DNA from: Octopus bimaculoides
Taxonomy: Eukaryota
Direction: 5' to 3'
DNA: 36,893 nt
Assembly: GCF_001194135.2 (NCBI RefSeq)
Contig: NC_068991.1
Coordinates: 21,535,964-21,572,856, forward strand
Shown: positions 22,700 through 34,400 of the stretch, piece by piece
Layout: each line of letters opens with the position of its first letter
Numbering within the stretch: position 1 is the stretch's first letter
Position numbers and translations under genes: made by a program
The notes under the pieces: generated by a model
The model's database searches: none
Seen by the model: only the letters and a program-made list of their open reading frames with translations
What the model was told of the DNA's origin: nothing

Positions 22700-23368
22700 C
22701 CACACTCTCAGGATTGGCACACTGAAAAGTAGGTCTGGTGAGATTGTTGAGATGCTTGAATGGAGACGTGTAGATTTGTGCTGCATCTAAGAAGTAAGGT
22801 GGAGAGCAGGTTCCGCTAGGTTCCTCAAAGGCAAACATAAGTATAAGATTTTCTGGGCAGGGAAATGGGTTGATAAGGTAATCGAGTTAGTCAGAGTCTG
22901 CGACAGAATACGATTAGATAGTCCTTCACCATCGGTTAGCAACCATTATCTCGGCCTATGCCCGTCAGCGAGGGGCTACCTGATGGACAGAAAGACCGAT
23001 TTTATGACACCCTCTTGCTGACTACCTCATTGACGAATGACAGGGACCTTCTCCTTGTGGCTGGTGACTTCAATGGACATGTTGGACAACATGCAGGGGG
23101 CTTCCATGGCGTACATGGAGACTATGATTTTGGTTCCCTCAATGAGGAAGGAACCAGGCTGCTGTGATGCAAATGATCTTATGGTTTGCAATACTAACTT
23201 CAGGAAAACTGCCAGTCACCTAGTCACCTACTGATCTGGTAGACACACTAGCCAAATTGACATCCTCGCCAGGAAATGGGAAAGATGGCTGCTTATAAAT
23301 GCCAAAACCTTCCCAGGTGAAGAATGTACCCCAAGACAGACTAGTAGTTAGCGACTTCAGGATAAGGC
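22700..23368 (+). mobile_element. RTE-clade LINE fragment, AP endonuclease domain (decayed)
   Basis: Frameshifted peptides SRSGEIVEMLE.RRVDLCCI*EVRW, GLPDGQKDRFYD...VAGDFNGHVG, CDANDLMVCNTNFRK...HLVTY and RLVVSDFRI. Confidence 0.88.
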
Positions 23369-23577
23369 CATGCCTTAGGCAATCAATACAGGACATAAAT
23401 CCTTTCACAAAATAAAAATTTAAGACCCACAAGAGGTCATCTGAACTTGCCTCAAACCAATCGAGCAAATCACAAAAAAAAAAACAAGAAACAAAAGCAA
23501 ATAATGACCTTTTATGGAAAAATAAATAAATAAAACAGGAACAATAAGATAAAACAGAGCCAATTTGTAATAAATAC

Positions 23578-23822
23578 CTTTCCTTCCGGCACATTCTATG
23601 TCAAAGCTGAGGATTCTGAACGGAGCCACTTTTGACCATTCTCCTTCTGCTGGGTAAGAAATAAAATCCTCCCAAGATATGTCTACCTCTAACTGGCAAT
23701 GAGATTTTATGGCAGGATTACCAGGAGTGTTTGGACTTTGGCTATTCTTGGAACGGATTTGATATTTTCCCTTGGGCAACTCAATCCAATTACAGCCAAC
23801 AACACCTTTATCAACCATAAAT
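23578..23822 (-). CDS. POLD1: POLD1 coding exon ending in Exo I ([16 protein letters not shown]...[12 protein letters not shown])
   Basis: 245 nt with CATAG acceptor and GTATTT donor. Contains the Exo I motif SFDIEC. Confidence 0.98.
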
Positions 23823-26793
23823 CTATGAAAGAAAGTAATTCATTAAGTTATATTATTATTGGGACAATGAAAGGCATTAAAATGGCAGAATCATTAGGAC
23901 ACCGGATAAATTGCTTAGTAGTATTTCTGCTGGCTCTTAATGTTCTGAGTTCAAATTCTGCTGATGTTGACTTTGCATTTCATCCTTTCCAGATTGATAA
24001 AATAAGTACCAGTCAATAGAATCAATTTGCTCCCGCCTGCCAAAAATTTCAGACCTTGTGCCTAACATAGAAAGAATTATTAAGGCAATGAAAGGTGGCC
24101 AGCTGGCAGAATCAGTAGATCATTGGCTAAAATGCCTTAGTGTTTCTTCTGCTGAGGCCAATTTTGTCTTTCATCCCTCTGGGATTGATGAAATAAGAAA
24201 CAGTTGAACACTGGGGTCAATGAAATCGACTAATGTCCTCCTTTAACAACTGCTGGCCTTGTGCCAAAATTAGGGCAATATATTGGCAGAATTATTAAAG
24301 CATCAGACAAAATTCCAAGTTCAAATTCNNNNNNNNNNNNNNNNNNNNNNNNNNNNNNNNNNNNNNNNNNNNNNNNNNNNNNNNNNNNNNNNNNNNNNNN
24401 NNNNNNNNNNNNNNNNNNNNNNNNNNNNNNNNNNNNNNNNNNNNNNNNNNNNNNNNNNNNNNNNNNNNNNNNNNNNNNNNNNNNNNNNNNNNNNNNNNNN
24501 NNNNNNNNNNNNNNNNNNNNNNNNNNNNNNNNNNNNNNNCAATATATTGGCAGAATTATTAAAGCATCAGACAAAATTCCAAGTTCAAATTCCACGTCAA
24601 TTTTGTCTTTCATCCATCTGGGATTGATAAAATAAAGTATCCATCAAGAAATGGGGTCATTGTGATCAAGTAACTTCTTCCTCTTAAAAATAGCTTGCCT
24701 TAATTAGAAATAATTATTTATAATGAACAGAAATTTTTAATTGCCACCTGTGTAACATAAAATAAGTACGTTGAAAGCAAGTTTGTTTTTCGGTGTATTT
24801 ACACAGATGGTTATTTTTATCTAGTATTTCTTCTGTTGCATATAAAGACATTTTTTTTAAATAAAACAAAATAAGGTTTAATTCATGTGCTTTGTTCTTA
24901 TGAGAATCATATCAATTTTACAATTTTGTTATATTAAAATTTTAATGCCAAACTGCCATATCCATAATAAAGTGTTCATATTTAATATGAAACCTCATCA
25001 AAATATTTGTTTTTATTACATTTTCATTTCATTTTACATGTTTTCCCATGATGGGATAGGTTATAGTTGAATGCTTTTCCTGTCAACAACATTTAACTGT
25101 TTTCAAGCCCATCATCATCATTGTTTAACATCCATTTTCTATGCTGGCATAGACTGGACAGTTTGAGAGGGGCCGACAAACCAGAAGACTGCAAGCACTT
25201 AGCTTCCATATCTATTTTGGCAGGGTTTCTACAGCTTGATGCCCTTCTTAGTACTGACCACTTTATGGTGTACAGGATGCTTATTACATGTCACCAGCAC
25301 GAGTGAGGTCACCAAGTAACTCACAAGATGAGACTGCTCAGCTGTGTGGTGGGCAGGTAGTATTGAGGGAGGTGATTTTGCACAGAGAGGCTCTTGTATA
25401 ATAGGAGAATAGAAACAGGTAACTTGCTACAGAGGAGATACATAGCTACATATTGGAAAAGAGAGAAGAGAGAGAAAGAGGTGGTGAAGACGTGTCAAGG
25501 TACACCTTCAAGTTACAGAGAATTGGATAGGGTGAGTGGGTAGGTTAAGTTTACAAGAGTACAAGAGAGGGACAGAAACAGGGGTCTAGCAGTAGAGGAG
25601 ATACATGGTTACTTTGATTGGAAAAGGAGAGAAAATAGNNNNNNNNNNNNNNNNNNNNNNNNNNNNNNNNNNNNNNNNNNNNNNNNNNNNNNNNNNNNNN
25701 NNNNNNNNNNNNNNNNNNNNNNNNNNNNNNNNNNNNNNNNNNNNNNNNNNNNNNNNNNNNNNNNNNNNNNNNNNNNNNNNNNNNNNNNNNNNNNNNNNNN
25801 NNNNNNNNNNNNNNNNNNNNNNNNNNNNNNNNNNNNNNNNNNNNNNNNNNNNNNNNNNNNNNNNNNNNNNNNNNNNNNNNNNNNNNNNNNNNNNNNNNNN
25901 NNNNNNNNNNNNNNNNNNNNNNNNNNNNNNNNNNNNNNNNNNNNNNNNNNNNNNNNNNNNNNNNNNNNNNNNNNNNNNNNNNNNNNNNNNNNNNNNNNNN
26001 NNNNNNNNNNNNNNNNNNNNNNNNNNNNNNNNNNNNNNNNNNNNNNNNNNNNNNNNNNNNNNNNNNNNNNNNNNNNNNNNNNNNNNNNNNNNNNNNNNNN
26101 NNNNNNNNNNNNNNNNNNNNNNNNNNNNNNNNNNNNNNNNNNNNNNNNNNNNNNNNNNNNNNNNNNNNNNNNNNNNNNNNNNNNNNNNNNNNNNNNNNNN
26201 NNNNNNNNNNNNNNNNNNNNNNNNNNNNNNNNNNNNNNNNNNNNNNNNNNNNNNNNNNNNNNNNNNNNNNNNNNNNNNNNNNNNNNNNNNNNNNNNNNNN
26301 NNNNNNNNNNNNNNNNNNNNNNNNNNNNNNNNNNNNNNNNNNNNNNNNNNNNNNNNNNNNNNNNNNNNNNNNNNNNNNNNNNNNNNNNNNNNNNNNNNNN
26401 NNNNNNNNNNNNNNNNNNNNNNNNNNNNNNNNNNNNNNNCTAGCAGTAGAGGAGATACATGGTTACTTTGATTGGAAAAGGAGAGAAAATAGTGGAGAGA
26501 TGTCAGGGTATACTTTACATGAACGATAATGCAAATATTAGAAGTTAAATTTTTTATAAAAATTTAATGGAACTTTTTAGCTAAATTTTAAACTAAATGC
26601 ATCTATAATATACTGATATACAAAAAAAAAGGTTTCAATAATTAAGTAGCGGGGTTAATATCATTAAATGAAATAATTCAAGGCTGTGCCCCAGTATGGC
26701 CAGTCCATTGACTGAAACCAGTACAAAAAAATACTGAAAATAAAAAAAAAACAAAAAACATCTACAATGAAACTGATGATTTTTTTTCCTCAC

Positions 26794-26962
26794 CTGATTT
26801 CAAAGTCAATGTTACTTTCATAGGTTTGGAAACCATGACAGGCATAATCTAGACACTGAAAGCCTTGTTCCAAAAGTCTTTTAGCAGGGGCAATGAGACG
26901 AGGCAGAGCCACAGTAATTTTCAGAAAAGGCTCCTTTCTATTGTCATGGAAACCATATATAC
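26794..26962 (-). CDS. POLD1: POLD1 coding exon (IYGFH...PFLKITVALPRLIAPAKRLLEQG...YESNIDFEIR)
   Basis: 169 nt with TTTAG acceptor and GTGAGG donor. Near-identical to the human ITVALPRLVAPARRLLEQG and DFEIR motifs. Confidence 0.97.
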
Positions 26963-27239
26963 CTAAACATCAAAATGGATGGAATAATAAATATTTATAG
27001 CAAAAAAATTAAATTAGGAAGGTAAAAAAAAACAAAAAAAACAAATAAGAAATAATGATGAATCCCTTTTAATTCATATTCTACAGCAATAAAATAAAAA
27101 AGGTGGCAATCTGATGTGAGCAGAATTTGAAACCTCCACCTAATGCCTGAAAACAAGGTTGTCTTAACAGCATAGCAATGTTAAGAGGTGAGTGGATGGG
27201 TGGACAGATAGAGAGAGGCACATAATTTATAGACACATA

Positions 27240-27251
27240 TACACATACACA

Positions 27252-27328
<77 letters not shown>

Positions 27329-27424
27329 ATTATATACATTCAAGTAGATGTATAGATATATGCATACACATAATAAATATACACACATATACTATATATA
27401 TATATATATGTATATATGTATATA

Positions 27425-27458
<34 letters not shown>

Positions 27459-27460
27459 CA
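27240..27460. repeat. Long (TA)n/(CA)n microsatellite tract
   Basis: Direct reading. Similar tracts occur at 1570-1650, 8730-8843, 17035-17072, 20810-20880 and 33134-33205, several next to N gaps. Confidence 0.95.
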
Positions 27461-27466
27461 CATAAA

Positions 27467-28380
27467 CAGGGTGAGTCAAAATTAGTGCTCCAACTTTGTG
27501 TGTCCCAATTATGTGTCTATTAGTTCTGTAGTTTCTCGATGCATGCTATTATTATTTCTATATGTCACTGACTATATCTATATGTCATTCATTATTCGAC
27601 GTGTCGAATTTTGTGAGAGAATGTTGGCAGAAGCCAGAGGTTCCAGATTTTTTGATCGACTCATTTTCTCTGATGAAGCAACCTTCCATGTTTCCAGTCA
27701 CATCAACCGCCATAACTGCTTCTATTATTCAGAAGATGACCCTGAAGTGATTTGGGAAAAGCATGTCAATTCACCTTCTCTTCTCATTTGTGCAGCGACA
27801 TCGTCTTCAGGAATGTGTGCATTCCATATTCAACAAGACGATGAATGGTGATCGTTACCTGGTATTCTGTGAAAACATGATTTGGCCGTATTTTCGATAC
27901 CGTCATTCCAAAATCTTTGTGCAAGATGAAGCACCTCCTCATTATGAGAAATGTGTAAGAAATTTCCTCGATCAGCATCTATGAAATCATTGGATTGAAC
28001 ATCGCAGCAGCTTTTGTGAATATCCAGCAAGGTCTCCAGATTTAACTGTGTGTGACTGTTTTCTCTAGGGATACCTCAGAGATCAAATCTACAAGGGAAC
28101 AATCCATAATTTGAACCAATTGGAACAACAAGTGACTGTATGTCTCAATCAACTTTCCGAACAAATGTCGAAATGCATTCGCCAGTTTGGCCAGGTGTTA
28201 CAAGGCGTGCATAACAACAATCGGTCATCACTTTGAATGACTTGTCAAATTGATATTCTCTTCATGTTTCGTGTAAAATTTGTGGGTGTACTATATGTTA
28301 ATTCTTTTCATTTCCATTACATTTCATATATTTTTTTTTTTCAAAAACTCAAGTTGGGGCACTAATTTTGTCCCACCCTG
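27467..28380 (+). mobile_element. Internally deleted IS630-Tc1-mariner element (DD41D/rosa-like), both TIRs present
   Basis: 30-bp TIRs CAGGGTGAGTCAAAATTAGTGCTCCAACTT with 3 mismatches and TA on the right. Peptides FSDEATFHV, QDEAPPHY and YPARSPDLTVCDCFL*GYL, with stops and frameshifts. Confidence 0.9.
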
Positions 28381-28996
28381 TATATATATATATATATATA
28401 TACACAAACAATGTGTGAGTGAGTGTATCAGTGTTTATGCATACACTGATCTAAAAACTGGTGGTATACTGCACCCCTTTCTATGTAAAGCTGTCAATTT
28501 GACTAACAGATATCAATAAAACAAGTATCAGACTCTAATAAACACTCAGCATCAATATGCTCAATTAAAGCACTTGAAGGCGATGCCCTATCATGGGCAC
28601 AGCCCAATGACTGAAACTAGTAAAAGGATAAATAAAATCTATAATATTAGACCCAAAGAAATAACTGCCATTATTAAACCTTGTTGGTGCCATGCAAAAA
28701 GTAGCCAAGTCGGTATCATGTAAAATGCACCTGTACTGGTTCCTTCCAAAAAACAGGTGCCAGTGCCACATATACAGCACCCATGCTGGTGCCACTCTGA
28801 AAAGTGGTTAGCATTAGGAAGGGAATCTAGCTGTAGAAACTATGCTGAAACAAACAATTGGAGCCTGGTGCAGCCCTCTGATTGACCAGCTCCTGTGAAA
28901 CCAACCCATGCCAGCATAGAAAAGGATAATGATCATAGATCAATCTAAACAAATACTAAAACTAACCAGAGCACAGATATCAAAAGAGATACTTAC

Positions 28997-29090
28997 TCTC
29001 TTTCGTTGTATATTCAACACCAAGAACAGCCTCTTTTATATCTTCTCGGTTTGATCTGAGGTCTTTCATTACAGCTTTATTCAATGCATT
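28997..29090 (-). CDS. POLD1: POLD1 coding exon (NALNKAVMKDLRSNREDIKEAVLGVEYTTKES)
   Basis: 94 nt with T-rich TAG acceptor and GTAAGT donor. Phases 0 and 1 bridge the flanking exons exactly. Confidence 0.92.
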
Positions 29091-29242
29091 CTATACAAAA
29101 AAAAATAAACAAAAGAGAAAATAAGATGCAATTTCATTTGGTTCTCCCACGTTTTCACATATACAAGATGTGTGAAAAGAAAAGTCTCCTACATTCACCA
29201 TTCTTGGAATACATGGTATATACTGGTCCAAACTATGATGTT

Positions 29243-29580
29243 CGTCAGTTAACGTCCGCTTTCCATGCTAGCATGGGTTGGACGATTTGACTGAGGACTG
29301 GTGAAACCAGATGGCTACACCAGGCTCCAATCTGATTTGGCAGAGTTTCTACAGCTGGATGCCCTTCCTAACGCCAACCACTCAGAGAGTGTAGTGGGTA
29401 CTTTTACGTGCCACCGGCACGAAGGCCAGTCAGGTGATACTGGCAACGGCCATGCTCAAATGGTGTATTTTATGTGCCACCCGCACAAGAGCCAGTCCAG
29501 GGGCACTGGCAACGATCTCGCTCGAAAGTCCTTACACATGCCACGGGCACAAGTGCCAGAAAGGCGATGCTGGGCACTAA
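29243..29580 (-). mobile_element. RTE-type 3' tail with ~65-bp internal repeats
   Basis: Reverse complement of the 16347-16514 family, extended by three ACGTGCCACC-type units. Confidence 0.75.
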
Positions 29581-30552
29581 GTGATGATAATAAAAAAAAA
29601 ACAGTAAAACATTAGCTACAAGAAGACACCATTACCAACTGCGTAATTGCACATATGCCTTACCAATGTCAACATAAAATATGGGGGGGGGGCTTTTTTG
29701 TCACACCTTACAGTAACCAAATTCATTGTTTCTCTTTCTCTCACTTAATTGCACTCTCTCTCTCTCTCTCTTACCAAAGATAACAACCACGTCAAATATA
29801 TGAATGCTTAGTTATTTTAGTCAGTTATCTTATATCATAAGAACCTCAAGAATAGTGCCATTGGTTTGATGTTTCCTTGAGACCAATCTGTGTTTCACTG
29901 AATTGTTGACCTCAAGCACAAGAATCTGTAACTCAGTGAACTTTGGAGAGTATTAGCTTACAATGTTGTTTACATCCTTTGACAATGTAAAGTGAAAAAT
30001 GCACCACACACAGGCATAATATACACACAGGTGTATGTAGGTCAAAACGGGATCAAAGATCCTTCCCAAGCCATAGGCTTATGAGGCCAGTTTCCCAGAT
30101 TCTGTGGTGTGTATATTCCCTACTGGACCAGTTGCCAGTCCATTACAGGATCACTCGTTCTTGCCAACTGAATGAACTGGAATAACGTGGAATGGAGTGT
30201 TTTGCTCATGAACACAATGCATCACTCGGACTAGAAATCAAAGCCACAATCTTTTACAATCACAAGTGCAACAGCCTAACCACTAAATTATACACCTCCA
30301 CATGTATGTAAGTATATGTATATAGGTGAGGCTGTATGGTAAGAAACTTGTTTCCCAACCACATGGTTCCAGGTTCAGTCACCCTGCGTGGAACCATGGG
30401 CAAGTGTTTTCTACTATAGCCTAGAGCCGACTAAAACCTTGAGTGAATTTGGTAGACAGAAACTGAAAGAAGCCCATCACGTGCATGTGTGTGTATATGT
30501 GTGTGTATGTGAAGGTGCATGGCTCAGTGGTTAGAGAGAGAGAGAGAGAGAG

Positions 30553-30588
<36 letters not shown>

Positions 30589-31017
30589 CGCACATAAACA
30601 TTTATTTATAATTATGTGATAAGGCTTCAACAACTAAAATCACACTTGATCCGCTCAGAGAGTAAAGATAATGTTATAAAGAAAAACCACAACTCTTTTG
30701 TGAAATACAGTCTGTATTTCACAAGACTTGTGGCTTTCTTAATAACATACATACATACATACATACACACAGCTTGTTCCAATTTCTATCACTTGAATTC
30801 TGCCAACAAATGATTAGTCAATACACTGCTATGGTAGAAAACCATCAAAGTGTCATGCAATGGGACTGAAACCATTCCACCTCCTTAACTGCACAGTTAT
30901 GCCTGCTCCCATACTTGTGTGTGTGTTTATGCATCATGTGCTTATACACACACACACACACGCACACAGCTATGACAATATATGTATTTATAAATATGAG
31001 TATTAGGTATCTCTCAC

Positions 31018-31190
31018 CTTGAACTGTTGACAGTGTTCTTTTTTGAAACCAGATTGGGCAGGGACATAGAAATATGCAGCAAACCCATGGATATGGGCAA
31101 GCACACTGTTCCCTTCCATGGTAATCCCAAACATCCTGATGATAGGTACAGGCCCAATACTGGATCCAGGCATTCCCTGCATTGGTGCAC
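31018..31190 (-). CDS. POLD1: POLD1 coding exon (GAPMQGMPG...PIIRMFGITMEGNSVLAHIHGFAAYFYVPA...QQFK)
   Basis: 173 nt with CTTGCAG acceptor and GTGAGA donor. Contains the conserved FG.T.EG.SV..HIHGF..YFY.PA motif. Confidence 0.95.
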
Positions 31191-32842
31191 CTGCAAGTAA
31201 ACAAAGACATGAAAGAATATCACAAAACCAACAGTTACTGTGCTACAAATACATACAACAATAAATCAAAATCTTATAGATAATGAGCAGAGACAACATT
31301 TTGTCTAATGCTCTAATAATTCTGCCAAGCCACCACTCATTCAACAATTTCTGAGATAGACATAGAGCTACAAATTTGTAAGAAGGGGGAGGGGGTGAAT
31401 AAATTCAATGCATTGTATTTTCTTAAATCAAGAAGGAAGGAATGTAAAATTTCCAATGTCAGGATTTTAACTCAAAATGCAACGGGTTCATTAATTTTAA
31501 ATCCATTTTTCCATGCAGGTATGGGTTGAATGGAGATTTATTGAGGCACTGATTTACAACTAGACGTCCTTCCTGTTGTCAAGTTTCACTGATTTTCAAA
31601 CAAAGGATTTCTTTTTTTTAACACAGATTTATGAAACCACAGAGCTACAGGATGTTATATTTACAGGGTATTTAAACAACATCATCGTTCAGAAGGTTTG
31701 GAAGATGCCAGGCAAAGATGTGACATGTAAACACACAAACAGATATATATCTGCTTCAGTAAATACATGACTTTGCTCAAGTTTTATGGTTTTTATCTTA
31801 GTTTCTTGCATTAGTTTGAAACAATAAAGTTCCTAAATTCAAATTCAACATTTCCTCACAGCCTCATCCGCAAGAACTAAATACAATTGATGTCTGGGTT
31901 ATTTCTTGTATACATGTTGAATTCGTGCACACTTTCCCACAAAAGACTTTTTTGACCATCAAGCTCATATGTCAACAGTCACAATGGGCTTCCATACAGT
32001 TTCTGCCTACAAATTCCACTCACAAAGCACTATTCAGCCTGAGACTGTAGGAAAAGACACTTCCCCAAGGTGGCACACAAGTGCAATGCAACCCAAACCA
32101 AATGGTTACAAATAAAACTCTGTTAATTACACAGCCATGACTGTGCCTATATAACTAAAATACAAGGTATTTAGCCTGCACCAACACTATCATTTTAATA
32201 TCCACTGGTCCATCTTTGCATAAATAAAACCAATCTGCAACTGAATATACAGTCATTCTTCCATCATTTTAAGAAAGAGGTCCTGTCTCCTGTGATCTAA
32301 CCTCACCATTTCTTCCAAGTCTTCCCTGATCTTCCTTTGGTGTGAATGTCTTCAACTTGCCTCATACAACACTCTTCCATTTTACAACAGACCCCCAACA
32401 AAGATACATCCTACCAACTGTAGCACTCCACTCACTTGTATAATAACACAATATATGTTTTTATGAGCTACTATTAGAGTCATGTACTGAGAAAATGTCA
32501 AACATTGTTTTATAACACGTCTGGTGTCCTTGCAGAATCATCAGATACTGCCCACATGGCATAACTCTCTTGTATAAGATAAACACTTCCGTTGTCTTCC
32601 CCTGCCACACAAATACAGTCTACCACTAGCATTTCATCATCAACATTTAACATTCTTCTTACATGCTGGCATGGGCTGGATGGTTTCAGAGAAGCTGGCA
32701 AACCAGCGAGCTGCACCAGGCTTTATTGTCTACTTTGGCATGGTTTCCACAACTAGATGCCCTTCCTTACACCAACTACTTTACAGAGTGTATTAGGTGC
32801 TTTTGTGTGACACAAAAATCTATAAAAAGCCTCACAACTTAC

Positions 32843-32953
32843 CAATATAGTAATCAACACTAATTTGTTGAAAAACAACTGAATCTTTTGCAGGATCAAT
32901 AATGGAAGGTAAAGGTGGTCGTGCCCATTTTTGAGACACATCTGTTTCATCGT
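32843..32953 (-). CDS. POLD1: POLD1 coding exon (DETDVSQKWARPPLPSIIDPAKDSVVFQQISVDYYIG)
   Basis: 111 nt with TTTTTCAG acceptor and GTAAGT donor. Matches the conserved W.RP...DP.....FQQ..D.Y.G pattern. Confidence 0.93.
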
Positions 32954-33130
32954 CTGAAAAATTTAAGTAAAAAAACAAAATGAAATTTGTCAAGATGGCA
33001 GCTTACCAGGTCATATTCTCCAAGCTATACCCACAGTATTCACCATTTTTCTGCATCCACTTTTTCATGTTGACATTGACTGAACAAAAACTTGAGGCAG
33101 TTGCCACACCTTGTTCTTTTTGAAAATAAG

Positions 33131-33203
<73 letters not shown>

Positions 33204-33902
33204 TATATTCTGCTTGTCCACAAATGATGCAAATGTACAGGACATATTGTTTATAGTTTTATACATACCACCATTTTGCTGACATGGAAAATCATACATA
33301 TGTAAACGTGTGTGTGCATGACCGGCTTCAAAACAGTTTCTTTACACCAATTCCACTCAAGATATTCACTGATAAGCATGAGGCTATAGTACAAGACACC
33401 TACCCAGGGTGCCTTACAGTGAACCAAAACCCAAAAACCACATAATTACACAACAAACTCCCTATCAACAGAGCCATGCCTGCACCTTAGTATAATTAAA
33501 CATTTATGAATTTTAGCAGTAATAAATTGTTCTAACTCTAATATTTATTTATAAATAGATTTGGTTCTCTGATAGTTGAATGTCTTTGACAAGAACACAT
33601 GATGCCAATGTCTAGATAGGAAATGCTGTCCTCTCAGTTGCATGTGTGGAAACACATTATTCAACCAGTCATGCTCCCTGTCCAATATTGCTTGTATGTT
33701 TTGGATGCTATAGAAGAAAATGGTCATTTAAAAGTTTCAAAGAAAAATATATAATTAAGTAAAATACCTCCACAGATTATGAACTCAGAAAGAGTCCTTC
33801 AAGAATCTCAGAGACTCCTTTCTAGAATATTCCCTAACTAGAAGAGGAACTGAGCTGCTACTGTGGGGTCATAAAACCATGTAGAATGCATCTTTAATTC
33901 AT

Positions 33903-34400
33903 CGTTCATCATTGTTTAACATCCGCTTTCCATGCTAGCATGGGTTGGACGAATTGACTGAGGACTGGCAAGCCAGAAGGCTGCTCCAGAGTTTCTACAG
34001 TTGGATGCCCTTCCTAACACCAACCACTCCGAGTGTAGTGGGTGCTTTTACGTGCCACCAGCACGAGGGCCAGTCACACGGTACTGGCAATGGCCTCGCT
34101 CAAAAAGGTGTTTTTTACACGCCACCTGCACGGGAGCCAGTCCAGCGGCACTGGCAACGACCTCGCTCGAATGATTTTCTAACGTGCCACCAGCACAAGT
34201 GCTAGAAGGCGACGCTGGTAACGATTGCACTCAAATGGTGCTATTTACGGACCACTAGCACAGAAGCCAGACAGCTGCTCTGGCAATGAACACGCTTAGA
34301 CAGTGCTATTAGTGCTCCACTGGTGCAGGTGCCGGTCATCGAATATGGTTCAATTTTGATTTTGATTTCACTTGCCCCAACAGGTCTTATGAAGTTTAAT
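33903..34400 (-). mobile_element. RTE-type 3' tail with ~65-bp internal repeats
   Basis: Homologous to 29243-29580, with about five units. Confidence 0.75.

Noticed and set aside
24230-26471. ORFs spanning the 211-N and 801-N gaps
   Set aside because: They are artefacts of N translation and duplicated contig ends.
33545-33727. 60-aa minus-strand ORF with an acceptor-like TTTTCTTCTATAG
   Set aside because: No similarity to POLD1 and no clear donor; the POLD1 frame is already complete without it.
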